Of a DNA stretch of 64,000 nt, positions 40,890 to 53,158 are shown piece after piece; positions within the stretch are counted from its first letter, which is position 1; the number at the start of each line of letters is the position of its first letter. Below the pieces are notes generated by a model. It worked only from the letters and a program-made list of their open reading frames with translations, had not been told where the DNA came from and made no database searches. A program made the position numbers and the translations under genes. Source of the DNA: Basidiobolus meristosporus CBS 931.73 (Eukaryota; Fungi; Basidiobolomycota); NCBI GenBank assembly GCA_002104905.1, contig MCFE01000210.1, forward strand, positions 63,777 through 127,776. The letters are read 5' to 3'.

Positions 40890-41661
40890 CATTCTGTTAA
40901 TTAAGATTCTCATTTCTTCTCCTGGCTGCATCTTTGCAGTAAAGAATTTTTGTCTCAGATACATTTTCTTGGCAGCTGAACATGACTGGTAGGTGTCTTC
41001 TAATGCTTTACAGGCATTCTTTGCTGTTTTTGCTCTTGAGCATTGAATTAGCAATTTGTCCTTAACATTAAGGCAAATGCAGTGTAAGGCACTTTGTTCT
41101 TTCTTCTGGTACTTTAAGGCTTCCTCTCCCATGTTTTTAGGAGGGCATTCTTCTCCCATGACAATATCCCAAAGGCCACTTTCTTGTAGCAGCATCTTCA
41201 TCTTCACCTTCCACACTTGGTAGTTGGATCCATCCAACTTTTCAGCAGAGGGAAAGTTCCAGTAATAGCAGTGGTAGGCATTGCAGAGAATGACAGCTTG
41301 GGGCTCATAACCTGTTGTAAGAGTCTTGGAGATATTGGAAATGATTGGGGGGACAAGTAGATTATGTGGTTTTCACTTAATGATTTATTGAATGTAAAAG
41401 TAGTATTTATACTTTTACATGGTCTTGGCATAACAGACATGTATAGGGGGCATAGGAAGGTCCCAAGAACATGTGTGCAGAGTTTGGGGCTGTTTGGACA
41501 ACTTATCAAATTTTCATGTTTTTGGTACCTGGTATTTTGGTGATAATATTCTAAGTAAATCCCAACAGGGAATTTAGTCAGTATTCTCCAGGATTTGAAG
41601 GTAATGATCTAAGTGACTAAGCTTGGTGAATATTTAGGTGGAATTACAAATTTTTTCAACA
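40890..41661 (-). mobile_element. Truncated Copia copy G: 5' LTR 41313-41661, PBS 41301-41312, gag start
   Basis: Reverse-complement LTR, GGGCTCATAACC, and DGSNYQVWKVKMKMLL. Confidence 0.85.
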
Positions 41662-41939
41662 ATACAAAATCTTGGTGATCTGCAATGACTGAGGAATATC
41701 AGGCTCTGGTGAAAAATCAAACTTAGGACTTAGTCAAATGCTGACTCAACCAAAAATCAATCGGATGAAGATGGGTCTCCAAGTCAAGATATAAGGCTGA
41801 TGGTTCAATCAAAATATGTACAGCAAGACTTATATCCAAAGGATACTCTCAAGTAAAAGGACTGGACTAAACTGAGATCTTTGCACTGGTGCCAAGTATA
41901 ATTACATCATACCAATATTGGTTACTGCATCCAACTTCC

Positions 41940-43352
41940 TATTGCAGTTATTGTGATGATATCATCAAAAGGCAATCACAAATTCTAAGTCCTGTGACTA
42001 AGAGGTACTGATTCCATCAGGACACTGTGCAAAGACTGTCAAAAAATAAATGCACCCCAGATTTCACAAAAAACTTGGTCAAATATTTTTATCACAACAA
42101 TACAAAAGTGGCTTTTGATTGGTTCTCCGCCAATTTGCTCACTTTCTGGTCCTGGGCACTCTATCACCTCCTACATTTGTGTGCATTGATTGGCTATTGC
42201 CTCTTTCTCATACTTCCTGACTGAATAATTTCTGGTACTTTTCATGCATACAAATTGACTTATTTCCACTTAAACTTCAGTAGTACCTCAGTTGCCAGTT
42301 GTATCAACCTATGCAAGTCTCTATGCGCTACACTAACATTAAGCTCAACCCCACAATCAACAAGTAACTCTATTAAAATCTACTGCTCAATAAATATTTC
42401 TACTGTATTCTTCTGTTCTTATGACTTTAACAGGAATCCTTTGGCTTTATACCACTGTTCATTCACTGGTTCCCATATATCCTAGTATTCAGCTAGCACT
42501 GCAAGGTCTAGTACCTCATCTGCCAGTCTTTGCAATAAGTTCTTGCAATATTCAAGTGTGTTTTCTTGAGCATTGATCTTGAAGAAGTGCTGTAACCTCT
42601 TGGTGTGCCTGTTAATGTTCCAAAATTCCACTGAAGGCATTGAGATAACCTTTTGAGTTCTTGACATTGTTACTTTGTCTGTCAGTGGGATCTCCACTCT
42701 GTCGACAATGGAGGATGTGGAGGCTGTGGAGGCTGTGGTAGACAAATTGCCTTTTTCAGCAAACTCATCTACCTTGCTGGAGTGAAGCTTAACTGGCTGT
42801 GCTTCCAGCTCTTGTGAAAACAGCTGTTTGCTTGTTGGTAAATCTTCTTGGCTATGATGGGATCCAGTCTGTTCCAGGCTTACAGCATCAATTGGCAAGA
42901 ACTGCAGCCTTTTTCTCATGCCTCCATGTCTCCTGCTTGCATAGACTTTTTTTCCTTTACCTTTTCCATTATCACTGCCAGGTGTTTCACTGCTACTTGT
43001 CTGAGTGCTACTTGTATTGAACTACATTGTCTCCTTGATAGATGCTGCTCTGGTGCATCTGTTTTGGCCTGCTTGTCCCTTGCTAGCACTCTGCAGGCAA
43101 CCTGACACTTCTTTTCCGCTTGTTTTGAGCTCTCAGCCCATGCTGTCATGGGCTCCTAAGGTAGCTGCTCCTTTTTATCACTGCCAGGATCTTCACTGCT
43201 ACTTTGGCTGAATGCCTCTTGAGTAGAACTACACTTTTTCCTTGATAAATGTTATGCTGGTGCATCTGTGTCTGCCTGCTTTTCCCTTATGGCACTCTTC
43301 CAGCTGCCTGATATCTCTTTGACACTTGTATGGAGCTTTTAGCCCTGCTTGT
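41940..43352 (-). pseudogene. Decayed coding relic, possibly Ty3/Gypsy gag
   Basis: Read through stops: LADEVLDLAVLAEY*DIWEPVNEQWYKAKGFLLKS*...RDLHRLIQLA; CpG-poor; unrelated to the Copia family. Confidence 0.4.
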
Positions 43353-44213
43353 TGTTGTGAGAGTCTTGGAGATAGTGAAAGTGATTTGGGAGGACAAGTA
43401 GACTTTGTGGTTTTCATTTATTGATATATTGAATGTAAAATTAGTATTTATACTTTTACATGGTCTTGGCACACCAGACATGCTAAATGGGCTTAGGAAG
43501 GTGTTTAGAACATGTGTGCAAGCTTTGGAGCTGTTTAGACAACTTTGAGAATTTTCATGTTCTGGATAACTGACATTTTGGTGAAAATATTTTGAGTAAA
43601 TTACAATAAGGAATTTGGTCAGTATTTTCTAAGACTTGAAGGTACAGATCTAAGTAACCATGTCAGGTGAATATTTAGGTGAAATTTCAAATTTACAACA
43701 CTCCTACTCAGCTAAATATCAATACTGACTAGTCCAAATTTTGACCTAAGGTACTTGAACTTGTCTCTAGCTAGTGGTTTGGTAATTATATCTACAATCA
43801 TTTCATCCAAAGGACAGTAAAATAAGCTAACTAAGCTATTCCCTATAGCCTCATGTACAAAGTGATGTCTAATATCTATGTGCTTAGCTCTAGCATCAAA
43901 AGTTGGATTTTGTCCCCAACCGGCATCAGAGTATCCCACAAGATCCTGTTCTGAGTCCTCATCAGTGTATCATAACTAGATATCAGCAGTTCCTTTTAGG
44001 TATCTAAAAATCCACCGGACTGCTGCAATATGATCAGGTCCATAGTTCTGATTATGCTGGCTGACAGCTCTCACTGAATACAAGATATCTGGACATGTTC
44101 CAAGCATGATATACGTCAGACTTCCAGCCATATACATCCAACTGACAGTCATAGAGTGATAAGGAAAGTCAGGGCTTTCAGATAGCAGCAGGCTCTCTTG
44201 ATTAGGTTGAATT

Positions 44214-47200
44214 TGTTGTAAAAATTTGTAACTCACGTAAATATTCACCTAACTTAGTCACTTAGATCATTACCTTCAAATCCTAGAGAATACTGACCAA
44301 ATTCCTTGTCAGGATTTACTTGGAATATTTTCACCAAAATACTAGGTACCTAGAGCATGAAAATTTGATAAGTTGCCCAAACAGCCCCAAACTTTGCACA
44401 CATGCTGTTGGAACCTTCCTTAACCTATTCCTTGTGTTTGTAATGCCAAGACCATGTAAAAGTATAAATACTACTTTTACATTCAGTAATTCATTAAGTG
44501 AAAGCCACATAATCTACTTGTCCTCCATATCACTTCCAATATCTCCAAGACTCTTACAAAAGGTTATGAGCCCCAAGCTGTCATTCTCTGCAATGTCTAC
44601 CACTGCTATTATTGGAACTTTCCCCTCTGCTGAAAAGTTGGATGGATCTAACAACCAAGTGTAGAAGGTGAAGATGAAGATGCTGCTACAAGAAAGAGGC
44701 CTTTGGGATATTGTCATGAGAGAAGAATGCCCTCCTAAAGACATGGGAGAGGAAGCCTTAAAGTACCAGAAGATAAAACAAAGCGCCTTTAACTGCATTT
44801 GCCTTAATGTTAAATACAAATTGCTAATTCAATGCTCAAGTGCAAAAACAGCAAAGAATGCCAGGAAGGCATTAGAAGACACCTACCAGTCATATTCAGC
44901 TGCTAAGAAAATGTATCTGAGACAAAAATTCTTTGCTACAAAGATGCTGCCAGCAGAAGAAATGAAAAATCTAATTAACAGAATTACCCTGCTAGTAGAT
45001 GAGATAAAATCTGTGGGCTCACCAACTACTGATGAGGATGTGATAGTGACCATCCTGAATAGCCTGACAGACAAGTTTCAAGGCCTTGTATCAGCCCTAG
45101 AGTCCAGAACTGAAGACTTGACCTTAAATTATGTATATGGAAGGCTCCTGGATGAAGAATTAAGAAAATCAAGTGCAAATAAGAAGGAAGAAGAAAATGC
45201 TTTAATAAGCAATGATAACTAACAAAGGAGGTATCCAAGACTCTACATAGGCAACAGCAACCTGTTTTGCAACCACTGCAAAAGGAAAGGACACACATCA
45301 GACTGGTGTCTCAAAAAGAAGGATAATCAGCAAAAGAAGCCGGAATATGGAAATGCTGCAACAACTGAAGATAGACTCTTCATATCTGCACTAAATATGA
45401 CCACAAACAAGAATTCTCAGATGTGGTATATTGACTCTGGAGCATCCCAACAAATTACACACCAAAAAAAACTTTTTACCCAATATCAAGAAATTCCAAT
45501 TAAGAAGGTTTTCATGGGTGACAATAGTGTTGTAAGAGTCTTTGAGATATTGGAAGCAATTGGGAGAACAAGTAGATTATGTGGTTTTTCACTTAATGAT
45601 TTATTGAATGTAAAAGTAGTATTTATACTTTTACATGGTCTTGGCATAACAAGCACATAGAATAGATTAAGGAAGGTCCCAAGAACATGTGTGCAAAGTT
45701 TGGGGCTGTTTGGACAACTTTGAGAATTTTCATGTTCTGGGTAACTGGTATTTTGGTGAAAATATTCTAAGTAAATCCCGACAAGGAATTTGGTCAGTAT
45801 TCTCTAGGATTTGAAGGTAATGATGTAAGTAACTAAGGTAGGTAAATATTTAGGTGGAAATACAAATTTTTACAACACTCCCTCTCAGCTTAATGTTCAC
45901 ACTGACTAGTCCTAATTCTGACTTAAGATATTCAAACTTGTCTCTAACTAATGGTTTGGTAAATATATCTGCAATCATTTCATCTGTGGGACAGTAAGCT
46001 AAGCTAGCTAAGTTATTCTCTATAGCTTCACGTATGAAATGATTTCTAATATCTATGTCCTTGGTTCTAGCATGAAAAGTTGGATTTCTACCTGACTGTA
46101 TACATACCTGATTATCTTAAAATAAAGTAATAGGCGTTTTTTAACATAGGCTTAAGTCTGTAACAAGCTTTCTTATCCACATTGCTTCTTTTGTAGCTTC
46201 ACAGGCTGCCATGTACTCTGCCTCTGTGGTCAAAAGTACTACAGTTGGTTGCTTTCTTGAATTCCATGAAATTGCTCCTTTACAGTAAAGATAGGTGTAT
46301 CCTGTGGTGGATCTTCTGTCTTCCAAATTTTGTCCCCAATCAGCATCTGAGTATCCCACAAGATCCTGTTCTGAATCCTCATAAGTGTATTTTAAGCAGA
46401 TATCAGCAGTTCCTTTTAGGTATCTAAAAATCCACTTAACTGCTGCAACATGATCAGATCCATAGTTCTGATTATGTTGGCTGACAACTCCCACTGAATA
46501 TGAGATATCTGGACATGTTCCTAGCATGATATACATCAGACTACCAACCATAGATGGATAAGGAAACTCAGGGCTTTTAGATGGCACCAAGCTCTCTTGA
46601 TTTGGTTGAGTTTTGACCAAGTTAAGGTTTGTCTCCATTGGGGTAGCTGCTGATTTACAGTCTTCCATTTGGCACTTCTTTAGTATATCTTGAGTATACT
46701 TGGATTGGCTAAGGGTGATAGTCTGGGTACTTCTGTCTATGGAGAACTTAATCCCTAAGTAGTAACTAAGTTCTCCTAGATTGGATATCTTGAACTCCTT
46801 AGATAAGCTGGATTTACACTCTTCCAATGTTTCTAGGCTATTGGTGGCTATAATAAGATCATCCACATATAGAGCTAATAGAACTGGATTTGCTCTATCT
46901 GGCTTATGGTATATACTATAGTCAGCATTACTCCTTTTGAACCTCAAAGATTCCAGATAAAATCTATCTTGCAATTCCAGGCTCTTGGTGATTGTTTAAG
47001 ACCATATAGTGACTTTTTAAGCTTGCAGACCAAATGAGGGTTATCTTAGTCAACAAACCCATCAGGCTTGTCCATATACACGTCCTCATCAAGTTCCCCA
47101 TTCAAAAATGCAGTTTTCACCTCCACTTGATGAATAAACAACTTATATTTGGCTGCAATAGCCAATATTAATCTGATGGAATTAAACTTGGCTACCGGTG

Positions 47201-50200
47201 CAAAGGTCTCAGTATAGTCAAGTCCTTTTGTTTGAGAGTATCCTTTGACTACACATATTGCTTTGTATCTTTTAACTGTACCATCAGCCTTGTATTTGTC
47301 TTGAAGACCCATCTGCATCCAATTGATTTCTGGTTGATTGGTAATTTGACTAAGTCCCAAGTTTGATTTTCCATCAGGGCCTGATATTCCTCAGTCATTG
47401 CAGATCTCCCAAACTTTGTCTGAGGGCTATTTAGGGCCTCTTTTACAGTCTGGGGCTCATCAATATGGACTGAATAGGCATAGGCTGAGTTTGAACCCTC
47501 ATTGATATAGTAATTTGGGCTATTTCTTCTCCAACTGGATCTCCAGGCATTTGATACTGGAATGATCACTTCTGGGATATTCCTGGGCACTGATTCTGGC
47601 TGAACCATGGTTGCAGAGTCCTCTGGAGTGAAAAAGCTCTCATTGTTTTGCTCTCATTCAATCCTGACAATTGGTGGACTTGAGATCTAATTTTTGTCAT
47701 CATCTAATGTCATTTTTTGTGAAAATTTAGAATTTTCATCAAACAGCACATCCCTGGACTTGATCAGCTTCTTTGCTTTGGTATTGTAGAGTCTGTATGC
47801 TTTACTCTCATTGCAGTAGCCCAAAAATATACATTTTACACTTTTTGGCTCAAATATTGACTGATTTCCGGCCTGTTTTTTGACATTTGCTGTACACCCA
47901 AATATTCCTAGAAGTTCTGCACTTGGTCTGTATCCATACCATGCTTCAAATGGAGTAGAATCACAAAGTATTCTGTTATAACTCCTATTTTCAAGGTATA
48001 CAGCAGTAGCAACTAATTTGGCCCAAAAATCATATGATAATTTTTGATTGTGGATCATAGATCTTACCATATCAATTATTGATCTGCTAGCATGTTCTGT
48101 TACTCCATTTTGCTGTGGGGAGTATGGTACACTAGTCTCTTGCTTTATCCCATGAGTTTTGCCAAAGTGGATGAAGAGTTTTGAGGTATATTCTCCACCA
48201 TTGTCAGAGCGTATTATCTTGATTTTTTCACCAGTTTCTCTCTCCATTATGGCTTTAAACTCCCTGAACTTAGACAGAGCTTCTTCCTTTCTCTCCATGA
48301 AGTAGACCCATGTGTATCTTGTATAATCATCAATAAAAGTGATCAAATACTTCATCCCACCTAAGGATAAATTTTGCATAGGTCCACACAGATCTGAGTG
48401 AATTAGATCCAATTTTTTCTTAGTTTGGATTAACCCAGAGCTCTTGAACAGTTGTCTGGCTTGTTTCCCATATATGCAGGCTTCATGGTGCTCCAAATTA
48501 GCTTGGGGATCAATCTTTACTCCAGAAATTAGCTGATCTTTGATCATTTTGCGCAAATAATCAAAATTGATGTGTCCAAATCTCCTGTGCCAAAGCATTG
48601 GTGTTTCTTCATTTAAGTTACTTGTATTGGCTTCCAGATATGATGGAATATTAGTCAACTTGTAAAGATTCTGATCTCTGATGCCCAAAGCAATATGGGC
48701 ACCATTTTCATCAGCGATCCTGCATCCAGAATTGTCAAAACTGAAACTGAGTCCTTCTGCAGTGGCCTTGCTTACAGAGAGTAGGTTCTTGGCTATTTCT
48801 GGTACAGAGAGTATTTCTTTAAAGGTCAGTGTATGGCTTCCTTCACTGCTTCTAAGGTTTACTTGGATAGTTCCTCCTCCCACTGCATCAAGTGTTCTAT
48901 TGTCACCCATGAAAACCTTCTTAATTAGAATTTCTTGATATTGGGTAAAAAGTTCTTTTGGTGTGTAAAGTGTAGTTGGTGAGCCCACAGATTTCATTTC
49001 ATCCACCAGCAGGGTAATTCTGTTAGTTAGATTTTTCATTTCTTCTCCTGGCAGCATCTTGGTAGTAAAGAATTTTTGTCTCAGATACATTTTTTTAGCA
49101 GCTGAATATGACTGGTAGGTGTCTTCTAATGATTTACAGGCATTCTTTGCTGTTTATGCTCTTGAGCATTGAATTAGCAATTTGTCTTTAACATTGAGGC
49201 AAATGCAGTTAAAGGCGCTTTGTTCTATCTTCTGGTACTTTAAGGCTTCCTCTCCCATGCTTTTAGGAGGGCATTCTTCTCCCGTGACAATATCCCAAAG
49301 GCCTCTCTCTTGTAGCAGCATCTTCATCTTTACCTTCCACACTTGGTAGTTAGATCCATTCAACTTTTCAGCAGAGGGAGAAATTCCAGTAATAGCAGTA
49401 GTAGGCATTGCAGAGAGTGAAAGCTTGGGGCTCATAATTCTGTTGTAAGAGTCTTGGAGATATTGGAAGTGACTGGGAGGACAAGTAGATTATGTAGTTT
49501 TTCACTTAATGAATTACTGAATGTAAAAGTAGCATTTATAATTTTACATGGTCTTGGCATAACAAACACAAAGAATAGGTTAAGGAAGGTCCCAAAAACA
49601 TGGGTGCAGAGCTTGGGGCTGTATGGACAATTTTGAGAATTTTCATGTTCTGGGTACCTGGTATTTTGGTGAAAATATTCTAAGTAAATCCCAACAAGGA
49701 ATTAGGTCAGTATTTTCTAGGATATTAAGGTAATGCTCTAAGTGACTAAATTAGGTGAATATTTAGGTGCAAATACATATTTTTACAACAGATAGAACAC
49801 TTGATGCAGTGGGAGAAGGAACTATCCAAGTAAACCTAAGAGCAGTGAGGGAAGCCATACACTGACCTTTAAAGAAATACTCTCTGTACCAGAAATAGCC
49901 AAGAACCTACTATCTGTAAGCAAGGCCACTGCAGAAGGACTCAGTTTCAGCTTTGACAATTCTGGATGCAAGATCACTGATCAAAATGGTGCCCATATTG
50001 CTTTGGGCATCAGAGATCAGAATCTTTACAAGTTGACTAATATTCCATCATATCTGGAAGCCAATACAAGTAACTTAAATGAAGAAACACCAATGCTTTG
50101 GCACAGGAGATTTGGACACATCAATTTTGATAATTTGCGCAAAATGACCAAAGATCAGCTAATTTCTGGAGTAAAGATAGATCCCCCAGCTAATTTGGAG

Positions 50201-53158
50201 CACTGTAAAGCCTGCATATATGAGGCCCAAGCCAGACAATTGTTCAAGAGCTCAGTGTTGAGAAAAACAAAGAAAAAATTAGATCTATTTCACTCAGATC
50301 TGTGTGGACCTATGCCAAACTTATCCTAAAGCGGGATGAAGTATTTAGTCACTTTTAATGATGATTATACTAGATACACATGGTTCTACTTCATAGAGAG
50401 AAAGGAAGATACTCTGTCTAAGCTCAGGGAGTTCAAAGGCATGGTGGAGAGAGAAACTGGTGGAAAATCAAGAAAATATGCTCTGACAATGGTGGAAAAT
50501 ATACCTCAAAACTCTTCATCCACTTCTGCAAAATTCATGGGATAAAGCAAGAGACTAGTGTACCATACTCCCCACAGCAAAATGGAGTAGCAGAACATGT
50601 TGACAGATTAATAATTGATATGGCAAGATCTATGATCCATAACCAATGATTATCCTATGATTTTTGGATAGAATCAGTAGCCACTGCTGTATATCTTAAG
50701 AAAAGAAGTTTTGACAGAATACTTTGTAACTCTACTTCATTTGAAGCATGGTATAGATACAGACCAAGTGCAGAACATCTAAGAATATTTGGGTGTACAG
50801 CATATGCCAAAAAACTGCCTGGAAATCAATCAAAATTTGAGTCAAAAAGTGTAAAATGCATATTTTTGGGCTACTGCAATGAGAGTAAAGCATACAGACT
50901 CTACAATACCAGAGTAAAGTAGCTGATCAAGTCCAGGGATGTGTTGTTTGATGAAGATTCAAAATTTTATAAAAAATGACATCAGATGATGACAAGAATC
51001 TGATCTCAAATCCACCAATTGTGAGAATTGAATCAGAGCAAAACAATGAAAGTTTTTTCACTCCAGAGGACTCTACAACCATGGGTCAGCTAGAATCAGT
51101 GCCCAGGAATATCCCAGAAGTGATCATTTCAGTATCAAATGCCGAGAGATCCAATCAGACAAGAAATAGCCCAAATTACTATATCAATGAGGGTTCAAAC
51201 TCAGCCTATGCCTATTCAGTCCATATTGATGAACCCCAGACTGTAAAAGAGACCCTAAATAGCCCTCAGACAAAGTTTTGGAGATCTGCAATGACTGAGG
51301 AATATCAGGCCCTGATGGAAAATCAAACTTGGGACTTAGTCAAATTACCAATCAACCACAAATCAATTGGATGCAGATTGGTCTTCAAGAAAATATACAA
51401 GGCTGATGGTACAATTGAAGGATACAAAGCAAGACTTGTAGCCAAAGTATACTCACAAACCAAAGGACTTGGCTATACTAAGACCTTTGCACTGGTAGCC
51501 AAGTTTAATTCCATCAGATTAATATTGGCCATTGCAGCCAAGTCTAGGTTTTTTATTCATCAAATGGATGTAAAACTGCAATTTTGAATGGAGAACTTGA
51601 TGAGGGCATGTAAATGGACCAGCCTGATGGGTTTGTTGACCAAGATAACCCACATTTGGTCTGCAAGCTTAAAAAGTCACTATATGGTCTCAAACAATCA
51701 CCAAGAGCCTGGAATTACAAGATAGATTCTTATTTGGAATCTTTGAGTTTCAAAAGGAGTAATGCTGACTATTGTGTACACTATAAGCCAGATAGAGCAA
51801 GTCCAGTTCTATTAGCTCTATATGTAGATGATCTTATTATAGCCACTAATAACCTAGAAACATTGGAAGAGTCTAAATCCAGCCTATCTAAGGAGTTCAA
51901 GATGTTGAATCTAGGAGAACTCAGTTACTACTTAAGATCAAAGTCCTCCATAGACAGAGGTACCCAGACTATCACTCTTAGCCAATCCAAGTATATTCAA
52001 GATATACTAAAGAAGTACCAAATGGAAGACTGTAAACCAGCAGTTACCCCAATTGAAACCAACCTTAACTTGGTTAAAACTCAACCAAATCAAGAGAGCT
52101 TAGTGCCATCTGAAAGCCCTGAGTTTCCTTATCCATCTATGGTTGGTAGTCTGATGTATATCATGCTAGGAACATGTCCAGATATCTCATATTCAGTGGG
52201 AGTTGTCAGCCAACATAATTAGAACCATGAATCTGATCATATTGCAGCATTTAAGCGGATTTTTAGATACCTAAAAGGAACTGTGATGTCTGCTTAAAAT
52301 ACACTTATAAGAATTCAGAACAGGATCTTGTGGGATACTCTGAAGCTGATTGGGGACAAAATTTAGAAGACAGAAGATCCACCACAGGATACACCTTTCT
52401 TTACTGTAAAGGAGCAATTTCATGGAATTCAAGAAAGCAACCAACCGTAGCACTTTTGACCACAGAGGCAGAGTACATGGCAGCCTGTGAAGCTACAAAA
52501 GAAGCAATGTGGTTAAGAAAACTTGTTACAGACTTAGGCCTATATCAAAACTCACCTATTACTCTATTTCAAGATAATCAAGGATGTATACAGTTAGGTA
52601 GAAATCCAACTTTTCATGCTAGAACCATGCACATAGATTTTAGAAATCATTTCATACGTGAAGCTATAGAGAATAACTTAGCTAGCTTAGCTTACTGTCC
52701 TACAGATGAAATGATTGCAGATATATTTACAAACCGTTAGCTAGAGACAAGTTTGAATATCTTAGGTCAAAATTAGGACTAGTCAGTATGAGCATTTAGC
52801 TGAGTGGGAGTGTTGTAAAAATTTGTAATCCACCTAAATATTCACCTACCTTAGTCACTCAGATCATTACATTCAAATCCTAGAGAATACTGACCAAATT
52901 CCTTGTCAGGATTTACTTAGAATATTTTCACCAAAATACCAGGTACCCAGAACATGAAAATTCTCAAAGTTGTCCAAACAGCCCCAAACTTTGCACACAT
53001 GTTCTTGGGACCTTCCTTAACCTATTCTACATGTTTGTAATGCCAAGACCTGGTAAAAGTATAAATACTACTTTTACATTCAATAAATCATTGAGTGAAA
53101 ACCACATAATCTACTTGTTCTCCTAGTCACTTCCAATAACTCCAAGACTCTTAAAACA
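44214..53158 (+). mobile_element. Full-length degenerate Copia copy B (about 4.68 kb net), LTRs 44214-44561 and 52811-53158
   Basis: PBS 44562-73, PPT GAGTGGGAG 52802-10, TSD GAATT (44209-13, 53159-63); gag-pro-int-RT-RH with stops. Confidence 0.92.
45528..49790 (-). mobile_element. Copia copy C nested in B, LTRs 45528-45877 and 49441-49790
   Basis: TSD AATAG/GATAG; integrase ORF 47687-49090; RT ALYVDD 46141-46974; internal deletions. Confidence 0.92.

Larger units (their letters stand above)
39175..41935 (+). mobile_element. Degenerate Copia copy A: 5' LTR 39175-39522, PBS 39523-39534, gag-protease relic to about 40889, RT scrap 41662-41935
   Basis: Homology by eye to the 58610 element; many stops and frameshifts; integrase region missing. 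Confidence 0.85.
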
